Shown one piece after another: positions 17,374 through 26,300 of a stretch of DNA of 64,000 nt. The stretch covers positions 415,184 through 479,183 of the forward strand of contig VMEP01000001.1 of NCBI GenBank assembly GCA_007375595.1, given 5' to 3'. The stretch comes from Parcubacteria group bacterium LiPW_30 (lineage in GTDB: Bacteria; Patescibacteriota; Minisyncoccia; Phycocordibacterales; VMEP01). Both the position numbers and the translations under genes were made by a program. A model generated the notes under the pieces. The model was not told the DNA's origin. It made no database searches and was given only the letters and a program-made list of their open reading frames with translations. Every line of letters begins with the position of its first letter. The stretch's first letter is position 1.

Positions 17374-19289
17374 TTAATATAATTCGTACAATTTTTGTTG
17401 GAATAATTCTATTTTTAATAAATCCAGGTGTTTCTTTTGGCGCATCAATTAAAACATACACTGATTCTTCTGGTTTAAACCCTCGTTCCTCCCCACCATA
17501 TGTTGGCGGCTATGTCGTAGAGACGTTTACTTCATCGGGGACTTTTACTCCACCTGCTGGAGTCACCTCCGTGGATTACCTTGTTGTTGCCGGTGGTGGA
17601 GGCGGAGGCTCTGTTAATGGTGGGGCTGGTGGGGCTGGTGGTTTTCGAACTGCTAGTAATTATGTTGTGGTACCAAATAACCCAGTGACCGTCGTTGTTG
17701 GGGCTGGTGGGGCGAAAGGTAATCCATACGGTGGGAATAATGGATATGATTCTATTTTTGATTCTATTATATCGATAGGTGGTGGCGGTGGCTCTGGTGG
17801 TGGAGGTGCTGTTGAGGCAAAGGTTGGTGGTTCTGGTGGTTCGGGTGGATATTGGGTTTCTGGCGCTGCTGGCACCTCGGGGCAAGGTTATGCGGGTGGC
17901 ACTGGTGCTGGTGGATATCCAATAACTGGTGCTGGTGGAGGTGGAGGTGCCGGGGAAGCAGGAGACTCCCCTTTGTATGATTACACAGCAACTGATGGGG
18001 GTAATGGGCTTTCTTCTTTTATATCCGGGGTTAATACTTATTATGCTGGCGGTGGTGGCGGATGGGGGTGGGAGCAAGAACTTAGTTTAGAAAGAGATGG
18101 ACTCGGGGGCTTGGGTGGTGGCGGTTCAGGTAGAGTTAGCGGAGATGCAGGCGATGGTAGCGTAAACACTGGCGGTGGTGGCGGTGGTTCAAGTGAAAGT
18201 GGTGGCAACGGCGGGTCCGGCATCGTCATATTGAGGTACCGTAGCCCAGGTACTGTAAACATTACCTCAAGTATTTCATCGTCTTGGGTGGTTACCGGCC
18301 CGGCGACGATTACCGGCTCGGGCACCTCGCAGTCCTCGCCATCACAGCCCGCAGGAACATACACCATCACCTGGGGCGAGGTGTCCGGTTACACCGCTCC
18401 TGCGACTCAGAGCCTCACACTCGCTTCTGCTGGCACAATCACGTTTAACGGTACTTATGTGGCATTAACACCACCAACTACCACTTTCTCTGCTTCGCCA
18501 GCAACTATTTCGTATAACACATCCTCAACACTTAATTGGAGTTCAACAGATGCAACATCTTGTACTGCCGGGGGTGATTGGTCGGGAACAAAAGATATAT
18601 CAGGTAGTGTTAGTACTGGAAATTTAACAACATCTAAAACATACACACTCTACTGTACGGGCCCTGGAGGAAATTCTGTTACACAATCAGCGGCGGTAAC
18701 AGTAGAATCAAACCCACCAACTACTTCAATCACTAGTCCAACAATCGACATCACAATCCCTGAAAACCAAGAGCAACAATTTACAGGAGAAGCAGTAGAC
18801 ACAGATGGGACGATAGTTGGATATCAATGGAGAATGGGAAATTGTACAACAGGTACCGTTCTTAGTTCTTTGATAAGTTTTGCCAGATCATTTACACCAG
18901 GAACATATGATGTTTATTTCAGGGCCCAAGATAACAACGGGTTTTGGTCATTAGATTGCCCGACACGCAGAATTGATGTTGTCGTAAGTAATCAAATACC
19001 TGGTGTTTGCGGGGCTTCTAATGGTGTGCCAACTCAAAAGAAACCAACGTCAAATCTTTGTAGTACAGTAGGCTTACCGGAACCCGTTGTCTCGCCGGAA
19101 AATATTAGTGTCTTACCAGAAAGCGGCAACCCTTCTTCATGGTCATGGACATGCTCTGGAGAAAACGGTGGCGCAGATGCTGCTTGTGGAACCGCGACTT
19201 CGTGTGGTGATAATAAATGCCAGGCATCTAAAGGAGAAAACCCCTCAACATGTAAGGCTGATTGCAAGATAAAGTTTTTTGAGTTTTAG
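17370..19289 (+). CDS. secreted glycine-rich repeat protein with Ig-like middle domains and a Cys-rich C-terminal module
   Basis: Signal peptide. Gly-rich block with VDYLVVAGGGGGGS..GGAGGAGG..GGNGGSGIVILRY (glycine-rich-protein type repeats). Then Thr/Ser-rich beta domains. C-terminus has 10 Cys (CGASNG..LCSTVG..WSWTCSGENGG..ACGTATSCGDNKC..CKADCK). Confidence 0.75.
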   Translation: MINIIRTIFVGIILFLINPGVSFGASIKTYTDSSGLNPRSSPPYVGGYVVETFTSSGTFTPPAGVTSVDYLVVAGGGGGGSVNGGAGGAGGFRTASNYVVVPNNPVTVVVGAGGAKGNPYGGNNGYDSIFDSIISIGGGGGSGGGGAVEAKVGGSGGSGGYWVSGAAGTSGQGYAGGTGAGGYPITGAGGGGGAGEAGDSPLYDYTATDGGNGLSSFISGVNTYYAGGGGGWGWEQELSLERDGLGGLGGGGSGRVSGDAGDGSVNTGGGGGGSSESGGNGGSGIVILRYRSPGTVNITSSISSSWVVTGPATITGSGTSQSSPSQPAGTYTITWGEVSGYTAPATQSLTLASAGTITFNGTYVALTPPTTTFSASPATISYNTSSTLNWSSTDATSCTAGGDWSGTKDISGSVSTGNLTTSKTYTLYCTGPGGNSVTQSAAVTVESNPPTTSITSPTIDITIPENQEQQFTGEAVDTDGTIVGYQWRMGNCTTGTVLSSLISFARSFTPGTYDVYFRAQDNNGFWSLDCPTRRIDVVVSNQIPGVCGASNGVPTQKKPTSNLCSTVGLPEPVVSPENISVLPESGNPSSWSWTCSGENGGADAACGTATSCGDNKCQASKGENPSTCKADCKIKFFEF

Positions 19290-19476
19290 TTCACAAAAGT
19301 ATTTATATTTCTAGTATTTTATTGCGTGGTTTTCGTTGTGTTGTTGATAGTAATGTTTTTTTGGGCGAACACCTTAAAAATAAAAAGGTGCATAAGTGGT
19401 GTTGTGATAAATTTTTGAAGTTATAGAATGAAGAGAGGAATTACCTATAACCTATAAAAAAGAGAGGAGCGACATT

Positions 19477-19905
19477 ATGCATACTGTGCGTAGGTCGGAA
19501 GAGGTGAAGTTCTTTGCCAGAGTCGAACGTCGCCGAGAAAGAATAATCGACTGTGTCGCCATTGTCACAGTCGTTAGGTCCCAGTACGGAATTCACACCG
19601 AGGTTGATGTCGTCTTATATCGCCTCAACCGGAGAGAAGTTCGTTTTGGAGGCAAAGAGACGTTCGAGTTGGTACGCTTTTTGCCACAGGACAAAGAGTT
19701 AGCTTTTAATTTCTTCCCACATGGACCACCGTTTTTGAACAGCGGTCCGGCGTGGAAGGAAACCACTGGCTGGCTTGCCCCTGTAATTGATTCGTACAGG
19801 ACAATTTATGACCCTGGTTTGGTGATAGTAGAAGAGTATCCTCAAAAAATACTACCCACACCTTTTAGGCCGAGTGCATGTCCAGATCTTCGCGTTTTAC
19901 GTTGA
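19477..19905 (+). CDS. hypothetical protein (GC-rich islet)
   Basis: ORF within the 19.47-20.94 kb segment of ~55-58% GC. No motif. Confidence 0.4.
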   Translation: MHTVRRSEEVKFFARVERRRERIIDCVAIVTVVRSQYGIHTEVDVVLYRLNRREVRFGGKETFELVRFLPQDKELAFNFFPHGPPFLNSGPAWKETTGWLAPVIDSYRTIYDPGLVIVEEYPQKILPTPFRPSACPDLRVLR

Positions 19906-20030
19906 AGACCCCAATTTTGTTTGCCGAGTTAATCGGTTAGCAGGGTTGGGGCTTTTTGTTTACAACTTTTGTATGTTGTGTTAGTATTTTTGCGGGAATG
20001 TTCCCATAATGAAAAAGAAGGAAGCTATTG

Positions 20031-20534
20031 ATGAAAAATCGTACAGTAGCAACGAACTCACTTTCCGTGACGCCAGCGGTGATGTTCGACCTCGAAAAGA
20101 GGATTGTGGCGTACATGAAGGGGGCCGAATGGCGGAAACTCATCCACCCGAATATCGGAGAAGATTTCTTTGTTCCGATGTGGAGGAAGGGGAAGGACGT
20201 CCATGGCGGTTTCGGCAAAAACGGGTTCATCGAAATCGAGAAGAATCCCGTTTTCGGGAAAAAGGACATTGTCCGCGTCGTCGCACTCAAGCAGGCGGTC
20301 GCGAACAGCATGGACCCGTCGATCTCCACCTTGGGCGGGAAGAAAGATATCGTTCAGGTCATCAAGGACTGGTCGCTTATCTCGATTCCCGATTCGGCCA
20401 AGATCAAGGTGATCGAGCACCGCGCTGAATGTGTCAAAGACAGCGCGAAGCGGGCGAAGTTGCCGTTGTCGGACCGCTCCGTTGCGTACAGTTCGCACGG
20501 TGGCACCTCCACCTCGGCGGGGATTACGGCTTAG
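20031..20534 (+). CDS. hypothetical protein (GC-rich islet)
   Basis: aagaaggaag RBS 8 nt upstream of ATG. This is one of several overlapping long ORFs in all frames caused by the high GC. This frame has the most protein-like composition and the RBS. Confidence 0.4.
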   Translation: MKNRTVATNSLSVTPAVMFDLEKRIVAYMKGAEWRKLIHPNIGEDFFVPMWRKGKDVHGGFGKNGFIEIEKNPVFGKKDIVRVVALKQAVANSMDPSISTLGGKKDIVQVIKDWSLISIPDSAKIKVIEHRAECVKDSAKRAKLPLSDRSVAYSSHGGTSTSAGITA

Positions 20535-20678
20535 CTTTCGAGCTTTAGCCGATCATTGGTCCGTCTCATCTTCTAGGTGAGGCGGGCCATTTCATTGCTT
20601 GCGCATATAATTGTTTTTGGTTAGTATATGCGCTTGCCGAAGTTCAACAGTAGTACAACCAGAAGAGGAGAAGCACAG

Positions 20679-20867
20679 ATGCATCAACAAGGTTCGGGTT
20701 CATCGCGCAGCTTCAATGCCCGTCGCGCGAACTATTTCGCGCGTCAGGGGACGCAAGCACAGCCGTTGTCGGGTGGAGCAGGGGTCGCCGCAAATGATCC
20801 CAAAGCCACTTCCGGCGAAGAAGAAATCGTCGTCGATTCCAAGGAGTCGTCGGCCAAAAAGCAATAA
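20679..20867 (+). CDS. small hypothetical protein (62 aa; GC-rich islet)
   Basis: gaggag RBS precedes the ATG. Low-complexity S/G/A-rich product. Followed by hairpin ccggccgtaggccgg. Confidence 0.3.
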   Translation: MHQQGSGSSRSFNARRANYFARQGTQAQPLSGGAGVAANDPKATSGEEEIVVDSKESSAKKQ

Positions 20868-20971
20868 CCGGCCGTAGGCCGGCAACAGGTCCGCAAATCG
20901 TCCTTCGACGAAGAGCGGGCCTTTTTCATTTGTCGTGGCGACCTGATATAATAATTTTTAACCAATAGATA

Positions 20972-22042
20972 ATGAAAAATTCTACTGAAAATAAGGCGAT
21001 GGAAAATGTCGCTTTCTATCGGAAATATCGTCCGCAGAAATTCGCCGATGTTTTAGGACAGGAGCACGTTATTTCGGTTATTGAAAATTCTCTCAAATCA
21101 GAAAGCATGGTGCACGCCTATCTTTTTGCGGGCTCGAGGGGCACGGGAAAAACATCTGTTGCTAGAATTCTTGCGCGCGAGCTCGGCACTTCCACAAACG
21201 ACCTATATGAAATAGACGCCGCTTCAAATCGTGGTATTGATGATGTTCGCGCGCTAAAAGAGTCGGTGCAGTCGCTTCCTTTTGATTCAAAATATAAAGT
21301 TTATATCATCGACGAAGTGCATATGCTCACCAAAGAAGCGTTTAACGCGCTTTTGAAAACTCTTGAAGAGCCACCTAAATATGTAATTTTTATTTTAGCG
21401 ACGACCGAAATTGAAAAATTGCCAGAGACCGTGGTGTCGCGTTGCCAGGTTTTTCAATTTAAAAAACCATCAATTGAAACATTGCGTGGGGTGATAGAAA
21501 AAATTGTTAAATCCGAAGGATATAAAATAGAGAAGTCGGCAGGGGAATTGATTGCGCTTTTGGGGGAAGGTTCATTTCGTGATACACAAGGAATACTTCA
21601 GAAAATAGTTGGGCTATCAAGCGACAAAGAAATTACTCGCGCAGAAGTTGAGAAAATAACCGGCGCGCCAAAAACAGAACTCGTTCGAGATTTTATTTCC
21701 GCGATTGCGACACACGATTTAGAACGCGGGCTTTCCGCCGTGGGCAACACGGGAAAAGAAAATCGCGATATGAAGGTATATATGAAGCTTGTTTTACGAC
21801 AGTTGCGCGCAGCGCTTTTGCTTAAATACGCGCCGGCAGGGGCGGGGAGTTTGCTTTCAGATTTCGACGAAGATGAAAAGAAATTTTTAAACACGCTCAT
21901 TAAAGAAAACGGGAAGAATATTACCTCAGGCGTATTAATAGAATTGCTCACCGCCTATCAGCTTCTCGACTATTCATATATTCCCGAACTTCCGCTAGAA
22001 CTTGCCCTGATTAAGATTGTCGGGCAAAATGACGCAAGTTAG
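20972..22042 (+). CDS. dnaX: DNA polymerase III subunit gamma/tau (short form)
   Basis: YRPQKFADVLGQEHV..AYLFAGSRGTGKTSVARILA..IIDEVHML..LKTLEEPP: clamp-loader AAA+ motifs. Start possibly at Met-10 (20999). Confidence 0.85.
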   Translation: MKNSTENKAMENVAFYRKYRPQKFADVLGQEHVISVIENSLKSESMVHAYLFAGSRGTGKTSVARILARELGTSTNDLYEIDAASNRGIDDVRALKESVQSLPFDSKYKVYIIDEVHMLTKEAFNALLKTLEEPPKYVIFILATTEIEKLPETVVSRCQVFQFKKPSIETLRGVIEKIVKSEGYKIEKSAGELIALLGEGSFRDTQGILQKIVGLSSDKEITRAEVEKITGAPKTELVRDFISAIATHDLERGLSAVGNTGKENRDMKVYMKLVLRQLRAALLLKYAPAGAGSLLSDFDEDEKKFLNTLIKENGKNITSGVLIELLTAYQLLDYSYIPELPLELALIKIVGQNDAS

Positions 22043-22064
22043 TTTAGTTTCGCGGGAAATACAT

Positions 22065-22135
22065 TGCCGGTTCGTCTAATGGTAGGACACCGCCCTTTGA
22101 AGGCGGGTATTGGGGTTCGAGTCCCTGACCGGCAG
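22065..22135 (+). tRNA. tRNA-Gln (TTG)
   Basis: TGCCGGTTCGTCTAATGGTAGGACACCGCCCTTTGAAGGCGGGTATTGGGGTTCGAGTCCCTGACCGGCAG. U1-A72 pair is typical of bacterial tRNA-Gln. Anticodon loop CTTTGAA, discriminator G. Followed by a T-run. Confidence 0.8.
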
Positions 22136-22202
22136 TTTTTGAGCGTAGTTCGAGAAGTGTTGTGTTTATATTAAACTCTAATCTGATATAATTAAGAAAA
22201 TT

Positions 22203-23027
22203 ATGTTAGTTACCAATAAAACAAAAATTCTTTCCCCTGTTAAACTAGCACCATATTTTCAAGAGGATAATTTTGTTCTATACAATAGCGACTCAATTAT
22301 TTTACTGAATCAATTACCAGAAAGTTCAGTAGATATGATATTTGCGGATCCTCCATACAATCTTTCGAATGACGGTTTTAGCGTACATGCTGGGCGAATG
22401 GTAAGTGTTAATAAAGGCGATTGGGATAAAAGTAAAGGATTCCAAGACGATTATGCCTTCCACTATCGTTGGATGGAAGCTTGTAGGCGAGTTCTTAAGC
22501 CAAACGGCACACTTTGGGTAAGCGGTACTTATCACTCAATTTACCAATGTGGACATGCCCTTCAATCACTCAGTTATCATATTTTGAATGATATAAGTTG
22601 GTTTAAACCAAACGCTTCACCGAATTTGAGCTGTAGATTTTTTACGGCAAGCCACGAGACACTTATTTGGGCGAGGAAAGAAAAAAAGGCAAAACATAAT
22701 TTTAACTATGATTTAATGAAAAACGGGGAATGGCCTGAGGATAAATTAAAGAAACCAGGTCTTCAAATGAGATCCGTTTGGTCTATGGGGACTCCTCGCC
22801 CCGAAGAGAAAAAATATGGTAAGCACCCAACACAAAAACCTCTAGATTTGCTCAAAAGAATAATTTTAGCAAGCACAAACAAAGGAGATGTTGTTTTAGA
22901 TCCGTTTACAGGTAGTTCTACTACCGGGATTGCGGCGGTGATGTACGAGAGAAAATTTATTGGAGTAGATCTTGAAAAAAAGTACCTTGATTTATCTGTT
23001 AAAAGATTTAATGATTTAAAAAAATGA
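22203..23027 (+). CDS. DNA methyltransferase, beta class (DPPY motif; N6-adenine or N4-cytosine)
   Basis: Motif IV IFADPPYNL precedes motif I VVLDPFTGSSTTG (the beta-class permutation). HPTQKP is also present. Confidence 0.85.
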   Translation: MLVTNKTKILSPVKLAPYFQEDNFVLYNSDSIILLNQLPESSVDMIFADPPYNLSNDGFSVHAGRMVSVNKGDWDKSKGFQDDYAFHYRWMEACRRVLKPNGTLWVSGTYHSIYQCGHALQSLSYHILNDISWFKPNASPNLSCRFFTASHETLIWARKEKKAKHNFNYDLMKNGEWPEDKLKKPGLQMRSVWSMGTPRPEEKKYGKHPTQKPLDLLKRIILASTNKGDVVLDPFTGSSTTGIAAVMYERKFIGVDLEKKYLDLSVKRFNDLKK

Positions 23028-23548
23028 TTAACAAAGGAAAAGGGGGAGGTAATACAATAACAGGACTTAATTTTGAAAAGGAAAAAGATATTCTTTCTCT
23101 TCTTAAAACTAAGAAAGGATATAGTGTTAAAGGAACAGCTATCTTTTATAACGGGAAGGAAGTTGCGAGGAACTATAAGAAAAATGCTCTATATAAATTT
23201 CTAGAATCTGAGAAGATAGATTACAAGAAAATTCTTTCTAAAAAACTTCTCCCCGATGAAGCTTTATATGTAATTGTTAATAACACCCTATTTATTATAG
23301 AGCTTAAGTTTCAGAAAGTAGCTGGGTCAGTCGATGAAAAATTACAGACATGTGATTTCAAAAGAAAACAGTATGCAAAATTGATGGCACCATTGAATAT
23401 AGAAGTTGAATATATCTATGTTTTAAGCGATTGGTTTAAAAAACCAGAATATAAAGATGTGCGAGATTATATAATTTCCGTAGGATGTCAGTATTATTTT
23501 GATTATCTTCCTCTACAAAAACTTGGGTTGCCTGTTCCACAAGATTAA
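23024..23548 (+). CDS. putative Type II restriction endonuclease (PD-ExK)
   Basis: Start overlaps the MTase stop (ATGA). PD..(E)xK signature LPDEALYVIVNNTLFIIELKFQK. 174 aa, otherwise novel. Confidence 0.5.
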   Translation: MINKGKGGGNTITGLNFEKEKDILSLLKTKKGYSVKGTAIFYNGKEVARNYKKNALYKFLESEKIDYKKILSKKLLPDEALYVIVNNTLFIIELKFQKVAGSVDEKLQTCDFKRKQYAKLMAPLNIEVEYIYVLSDWFKKPEYKDVRDYIISVGCQYYFDYLPLQKLGLPVPQD

Positions 23549-23574
23549 ATTTATTTTTTACAATCTTGGACGGA

Positions 23575-23615
23575 CAGTCTGTTTGAGATGGGTTCAGACT
23601 CTGAAGAAAATCGAA
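23575..23615 (+). promoter_or_regulatory. conserved upstream box (copy E): cagtctgtttgagatgggttcagactctgaagaaaatcgaa
   Basis: Homologous to 24852-24888 (tcagtttgagataagttcggactccgaagaacgtat). Both lie 5-15 nt before a start codon. It shares the YTCNGARGAAcgtcg core with the boxes at 24115 and 25813. Confidence 0.4.
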
Positions 23616-23619
23616 AAAC

Positions 23620-24105
23620 ATGGCGCAAATAATCAAAAAAGTATTTCATTGGCTTGGAACATTCCTTTGGAAGGATAAAACTTTAGCAATTATGGGTATT
23701 GTAATTGGGGTACTCGGCATTTATTTAGCTATAGATGCAAATAAAAGAACGGAAAAAGCTGAGGTTTTGCAAAAAATATCAGAGAAAAGCTATTTCGAGA
23801 CGACCTATAAGAAGATTTTCTTCAGTATTCCAATAGGAAATGGAATAGAAGATTTTAAAAAATTACCTAAAGAAACAGTAAATTCAATTCTGAATGACGC
23901 ACTCAGCGACATAGAATCGCAAATGAATAATAAATATCTTATTTCTAATACCGACTGCTTTAATAGTTGGAAGAGTTTTCAAGAATTTTTATATTTAGCC
24001 ATCAGATCTCCGGAAACTTTTGATTCTATGGGACCAGAACATAGCATCGCAAAGAACTATTACGCAAAATTGGATCCGCTATTGAATTATTGCCATAGTC
24101 TATGA
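23620..24105 (+). CDS. hypothetical membrane-anchored protein
   Basis: One TM helix (LAIMGIVIGVLGIYLAI). No motif. Confidence 0.5.
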   Translation: MAQIIKKVFHWLGTFLWKDKTLAIMGIVIGVLGIYLAIDANKRTEKAEVLQKISEKSYFETTYKKIFFSIPIGNGIEDFKKLPKETVNSILNDALSDIESQMNNKYLISNTDCFNSWKSFQEFLYLAIRSPETFDSMGPEHSIAKNYYAKLDPLLNYCHSL

Positions 24106-24153
24106 TTTTACCTATTCTGAGGAACGTCGGAGGGGCGGAATAAAAGTAATCAA

Positions 24154-24198
24154 AAAAGCCTTGTGGAGTTTGGTGGTATAATTTACGAGACCGAGGAG
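24154..24198 (+). promoter_or_regulatory. conserved promoter-like module P (copy A) with extended -10 TGGTATAAT
   Basis: aaaagccttgtggagtttggtggTATAATttacgagaccgaggag, preceded at fixed 26-nt spacing by box ttctgaggaacgtcgga (24115-24131). Confidence 0.5.
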
Positions 24199-24275
24199 AT
24201 CATCTTAAAACGACAACAGGCAATAGGAGGCCTTCGAGATTCGAGAGGAGATTCTAGTCATAAGTTTGTGTATAA

Positions 24276-24821
24276 TTGTCTATTATGGCAATCAAAAAAA
24301 CATCAGAGATTGGTAGTAAAGTAATCCGCTCTCGATCAAAAGAAGTTGAAAAAATAACTTCTTTGAGAGTTAAGAAAATAATAGTTGATCTCGTGGATAC
24401 TATGAGACATGTGAATTTGGTTGGTATGGCGGCACCCCAAATTGGAATAGGAAGTAGAATTTTTGTTACTGAAATTAGGAAAACAATAACACGAAAAAAT
24501 ATTTCTAAACCTGACCCACTTAAGGTTTTTATCAACCCCGAAATAACTAAGACATCAAAGAAACTTGTTGATGGATATGAGGGTTGCGGAAGCGTCGCCT
24601 CGGGGGGATTATTTGGAATCGTGAGAAGACCAGAAACTGTTTCCGTTCGAGCTTTTGATGAAACAGGTGAAGAATTTGAGTTAGAGACTTCTGGGTTGTT
24701 AGCAAGAATTATTCAACATGAGATTGACCATCTTGATGGAATTTGTTTTATTGATAAGGTTACAGACACTAAAAAATTGTTAGGTCGTCAAGAATATATC
24801 AAAATGGGAAGAAAAAAGTAG
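24276..24821 (+). CDS. def: peptide deformylase
   Basis: All three PDF motifs: GMAAPQIG, EGCGS, HEIDHLDG. Confidence 0.9.
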   Translation: MSIMAIKKTSEIGSKVIRSRSKEVEKITSLRVKKIIVDLVDTMRHVNLVGMAAPQIGIGSRIFVTEIRKTITRKNISKPDPLKVFINPEITKTSKKLVDGYEGCGSVASGGLFGIVRRPETVSVRAFDETGEEFELETSGLLARIIQHEIDHLDGICFIDKVTDTKKLLGRQEYIKMGRKK

Positions 24822-24851
24822 GCCGGACTTTTTTTAGAGAAAAGAATCTAA

Positions 24852-24888
24852 TCAGTTTGAGATAAGTTCGGACTCCGAAGAACGTATA
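24852..24888 (+). promoter_or_regulatory. conserved upstream box (copy F)
   Basis: See copy E. Follows the def terminator ggccggacttttttt. Confidence 0.4.
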
Positions 24889-24892
24889 TTTT

Positions 24893-25795
24893 ATGGAACT
24901 AAATCTTGGTTACAGAAACAAAATACTTATTTTAGGCGCGGGTGCGTCTAAAGACTATGGGCTACCAATCTGGAAAGAGTTGGATTCTTTGATAAAGGAG
25001 AGACTGAAAGATGGTGGAGAAAATCAATATTCACGCGCAAAGGATGTTTTGGCTTGGCTAGATAAGGTGGGAGAAAAAAACGAATATAAAACTATTGATG
25101 AATGCATTGAAAAGGAATCAGTAACAGGAATCTATCATTCAGATGGAGATAGTGTGGAAAACGATCTATTCTCGTCAGTCAAAGATATCTTCAACGAAGT
25201 TTATAAAGAAAATAACGAAGGTTGGATAACAAGGTTGAGTAATAAAATTTTACATAACTCTGAAAACCGATTGGAAGAGAGAGTGGCTTTCATAAATTAT
25301 AATTACGATAATGTTTTAGAGAAAAACCTCTTAAGATTTGGTCATCTGCCAGGGAAACATTTGCGTCTCAATAATAAACCTAGACTAGACCAGTTATCGT
25401 CGGTGCAGGTACCTGTTTTGTATGCTCATGGGAATCTTTATAAGAAATCTGAGGTACCCTTAGGGTCCCATACGGATAGATATTACAAAACCATGAAGAG
25501 TGGTTTCGTTGGGTATATAGATGTTGTTTCGTGTTATGAAAGCCACAACCATACAGTTAATCACGAGTTAGATGCCGACGAACTTGAAATGTATATTTTA
25601 GGATTGGGCGGGGGTCTTAAATTCAATCTTAGTAAACTTAATATTTCCAAGAAAGTGTCGCAAATTTCTGTGACAATTAGTAATGCTCATGACGATGAAG
25701 AAATTATAAAATTTTTAAGTACAAAATTTAAAGTTCCAGTAGAGAAAATTTTTATATATAGATCTTGTGCTGAGTTAATTGATACATGCTTCTAG
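24893..25795 (+). CDS. SIR2-like (SIR2_2 family) protein, stand-alone; putative NAD+-depleting defense effector
   Basis: N-terminus KILILGAGASKDYGLPIWKELDSLI matches the SIR2_2 signature (lFlGAGvS...GlPsW..L) used by ThsA/DSR-type antiphage proteins. 300 aa, no other domain recognised. Confidence 0.65.
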   Translation: MELNLGYRNKILILGAGASKDYGLPIWKELDSLIKERLKDGGENQYSRAKDVLAWLDKVGEKNEYKTIDECIEKESVTGIYHSDGDSVENDLFSSVKDIFNEVYKENNEGWITRLSNKILHNSENRLEERVAFINYNYDNVLEKNLLRFGHLPGKHLRLNNKPRLDQLSSVQVPVLYAHGNLYKKSEVPLGSHTDRYYKTMKSGFVGYIDVVSCYESHNHTVNHELDADELEMYILGLGGGLKFNLSKLNISKKVSQISVTISNAHDDEEIIKFLSTKFKVPVEKIFIYRSCAELIDTCF

Positions 25796-25851
25796 TAATA
25801 AATCGACTCTCATTCAGAGGAACGTCGAAATGGTACGATTAGAGATGTCAG

Positions 25852-25897
25852 AAAAGCCTTGTGGGGCTTGATGGGCAAATATACGAGACCGAAGAGG
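25852..25897 (+). promoter_or_regulatory. conserved promoter-like module P (copy B)
   Basis: aaaagccttgtggggcttgatgggcaaatatacgagaccgaagagg, preceded at 26-nt spacing by box ttcagaggaacgtcgaa (25813-25829). Confidence 0.45.
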
Positions 25898-26005
25898 CCA
25901 GTTTTTGAGCTGTTTTCTAGGGGTTATTCGTGCGAGGAATGATAAAGTAGTACTATAAAGCGACAAAGTTGTGTGTTTCGTTTGATAAACTTTTGGAATA
26001 AATTT

Positions 26006-26287
26006 ATGAACAATAAAGAAGCTAAAGCACGAATCAGAATAAACAGTCTACTCCAACAGTCTGGCTGGAGGTTTTTTGATGACGAAAACAGCAAGGCAAA
26101 CATTGCTCTAAATAAACTTTCAAAAAAATCAGTTGATGAATTAGGAAACGATTTTGAAAAAACAAAGAACAATTTTACCGATTTTCTTCTTCTTGATGAA
26201 AAAGGTTTCCCCTATGTTGTGTTTGCTGCAAAATCAAGCGCCGAACTGTTCGAGTTAAAAATAAAATCAAAAATCGATGAATTATGA
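26006..26287 (+). CDS. small HsdR_N-like (type I restriction R-subunit N-terminal nuclease-like) domain protein, catalytic Glu apparently replaced
   Basis: EAKARIRINSLLQQSGW and DFLLLDEKGFPYVVFAAK align to the EcoKI HsdR N-terminal motifs ESRFLIDAQLRKAGW and DYVLFVGLKPIAVVEAK. The ExK glutamate aligns to Ala. Start taken at the ATG at 26006. Confidence 0.5.
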   Translation: MNNKEAKARIRINSLLQQSGWRFFDDENSKANIALNKLSKKSVDELGNDFEKTKNNFTDFLLLDEKGFPYVVFAAKSSAELFELKIKSKIDEL

Positions 26288-26300
26288 GGAGAATAATTAT

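Noticed and set aside
17532-18646. Several minus-strand ORFs (17532-18077, 17660-17875, 17767-17991, 18041-18370, 18455-18646) inside the Gly-rich protein gene
   Set aside because: They are antisense to a strongly supported plus-strand CDS and result from GGT/GGC repeat DNA lacking stops. Their products are Pro/Thr/His-rich low-complexity mirror translations.
20009-20498. Alternative frames in the 20.0-20.5 kb GC-rich segment (20009-20428 +, 20058-20498 -, 20170-20412 +)
   Set aside because: Same GC artefact. The frame starting at 20031 has an RBS and balanced composition. The minus-strand 146-aa ORF cannot be fully excluded but lacks start context.
20597-20640. Inverted repeat gcgcatata...tatatgcgc around a TATAAT box upstream of the 20679 sORF
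   Set aside because: Short (9-bp arms), single occurrence and inside a compositionally odd islet. Could be an operator, but the evidence is too thin.
26277-26300. Upstream ATG (26277) for the 60-aa ORF, overlapping the previous gene by 11 nt
   Set aside because: The second ATG at 26301 has a canonical GAGGAG RBS at the correct spacing, so 26301 was preferred. The upstream start would bury the RBS inside the coding region.
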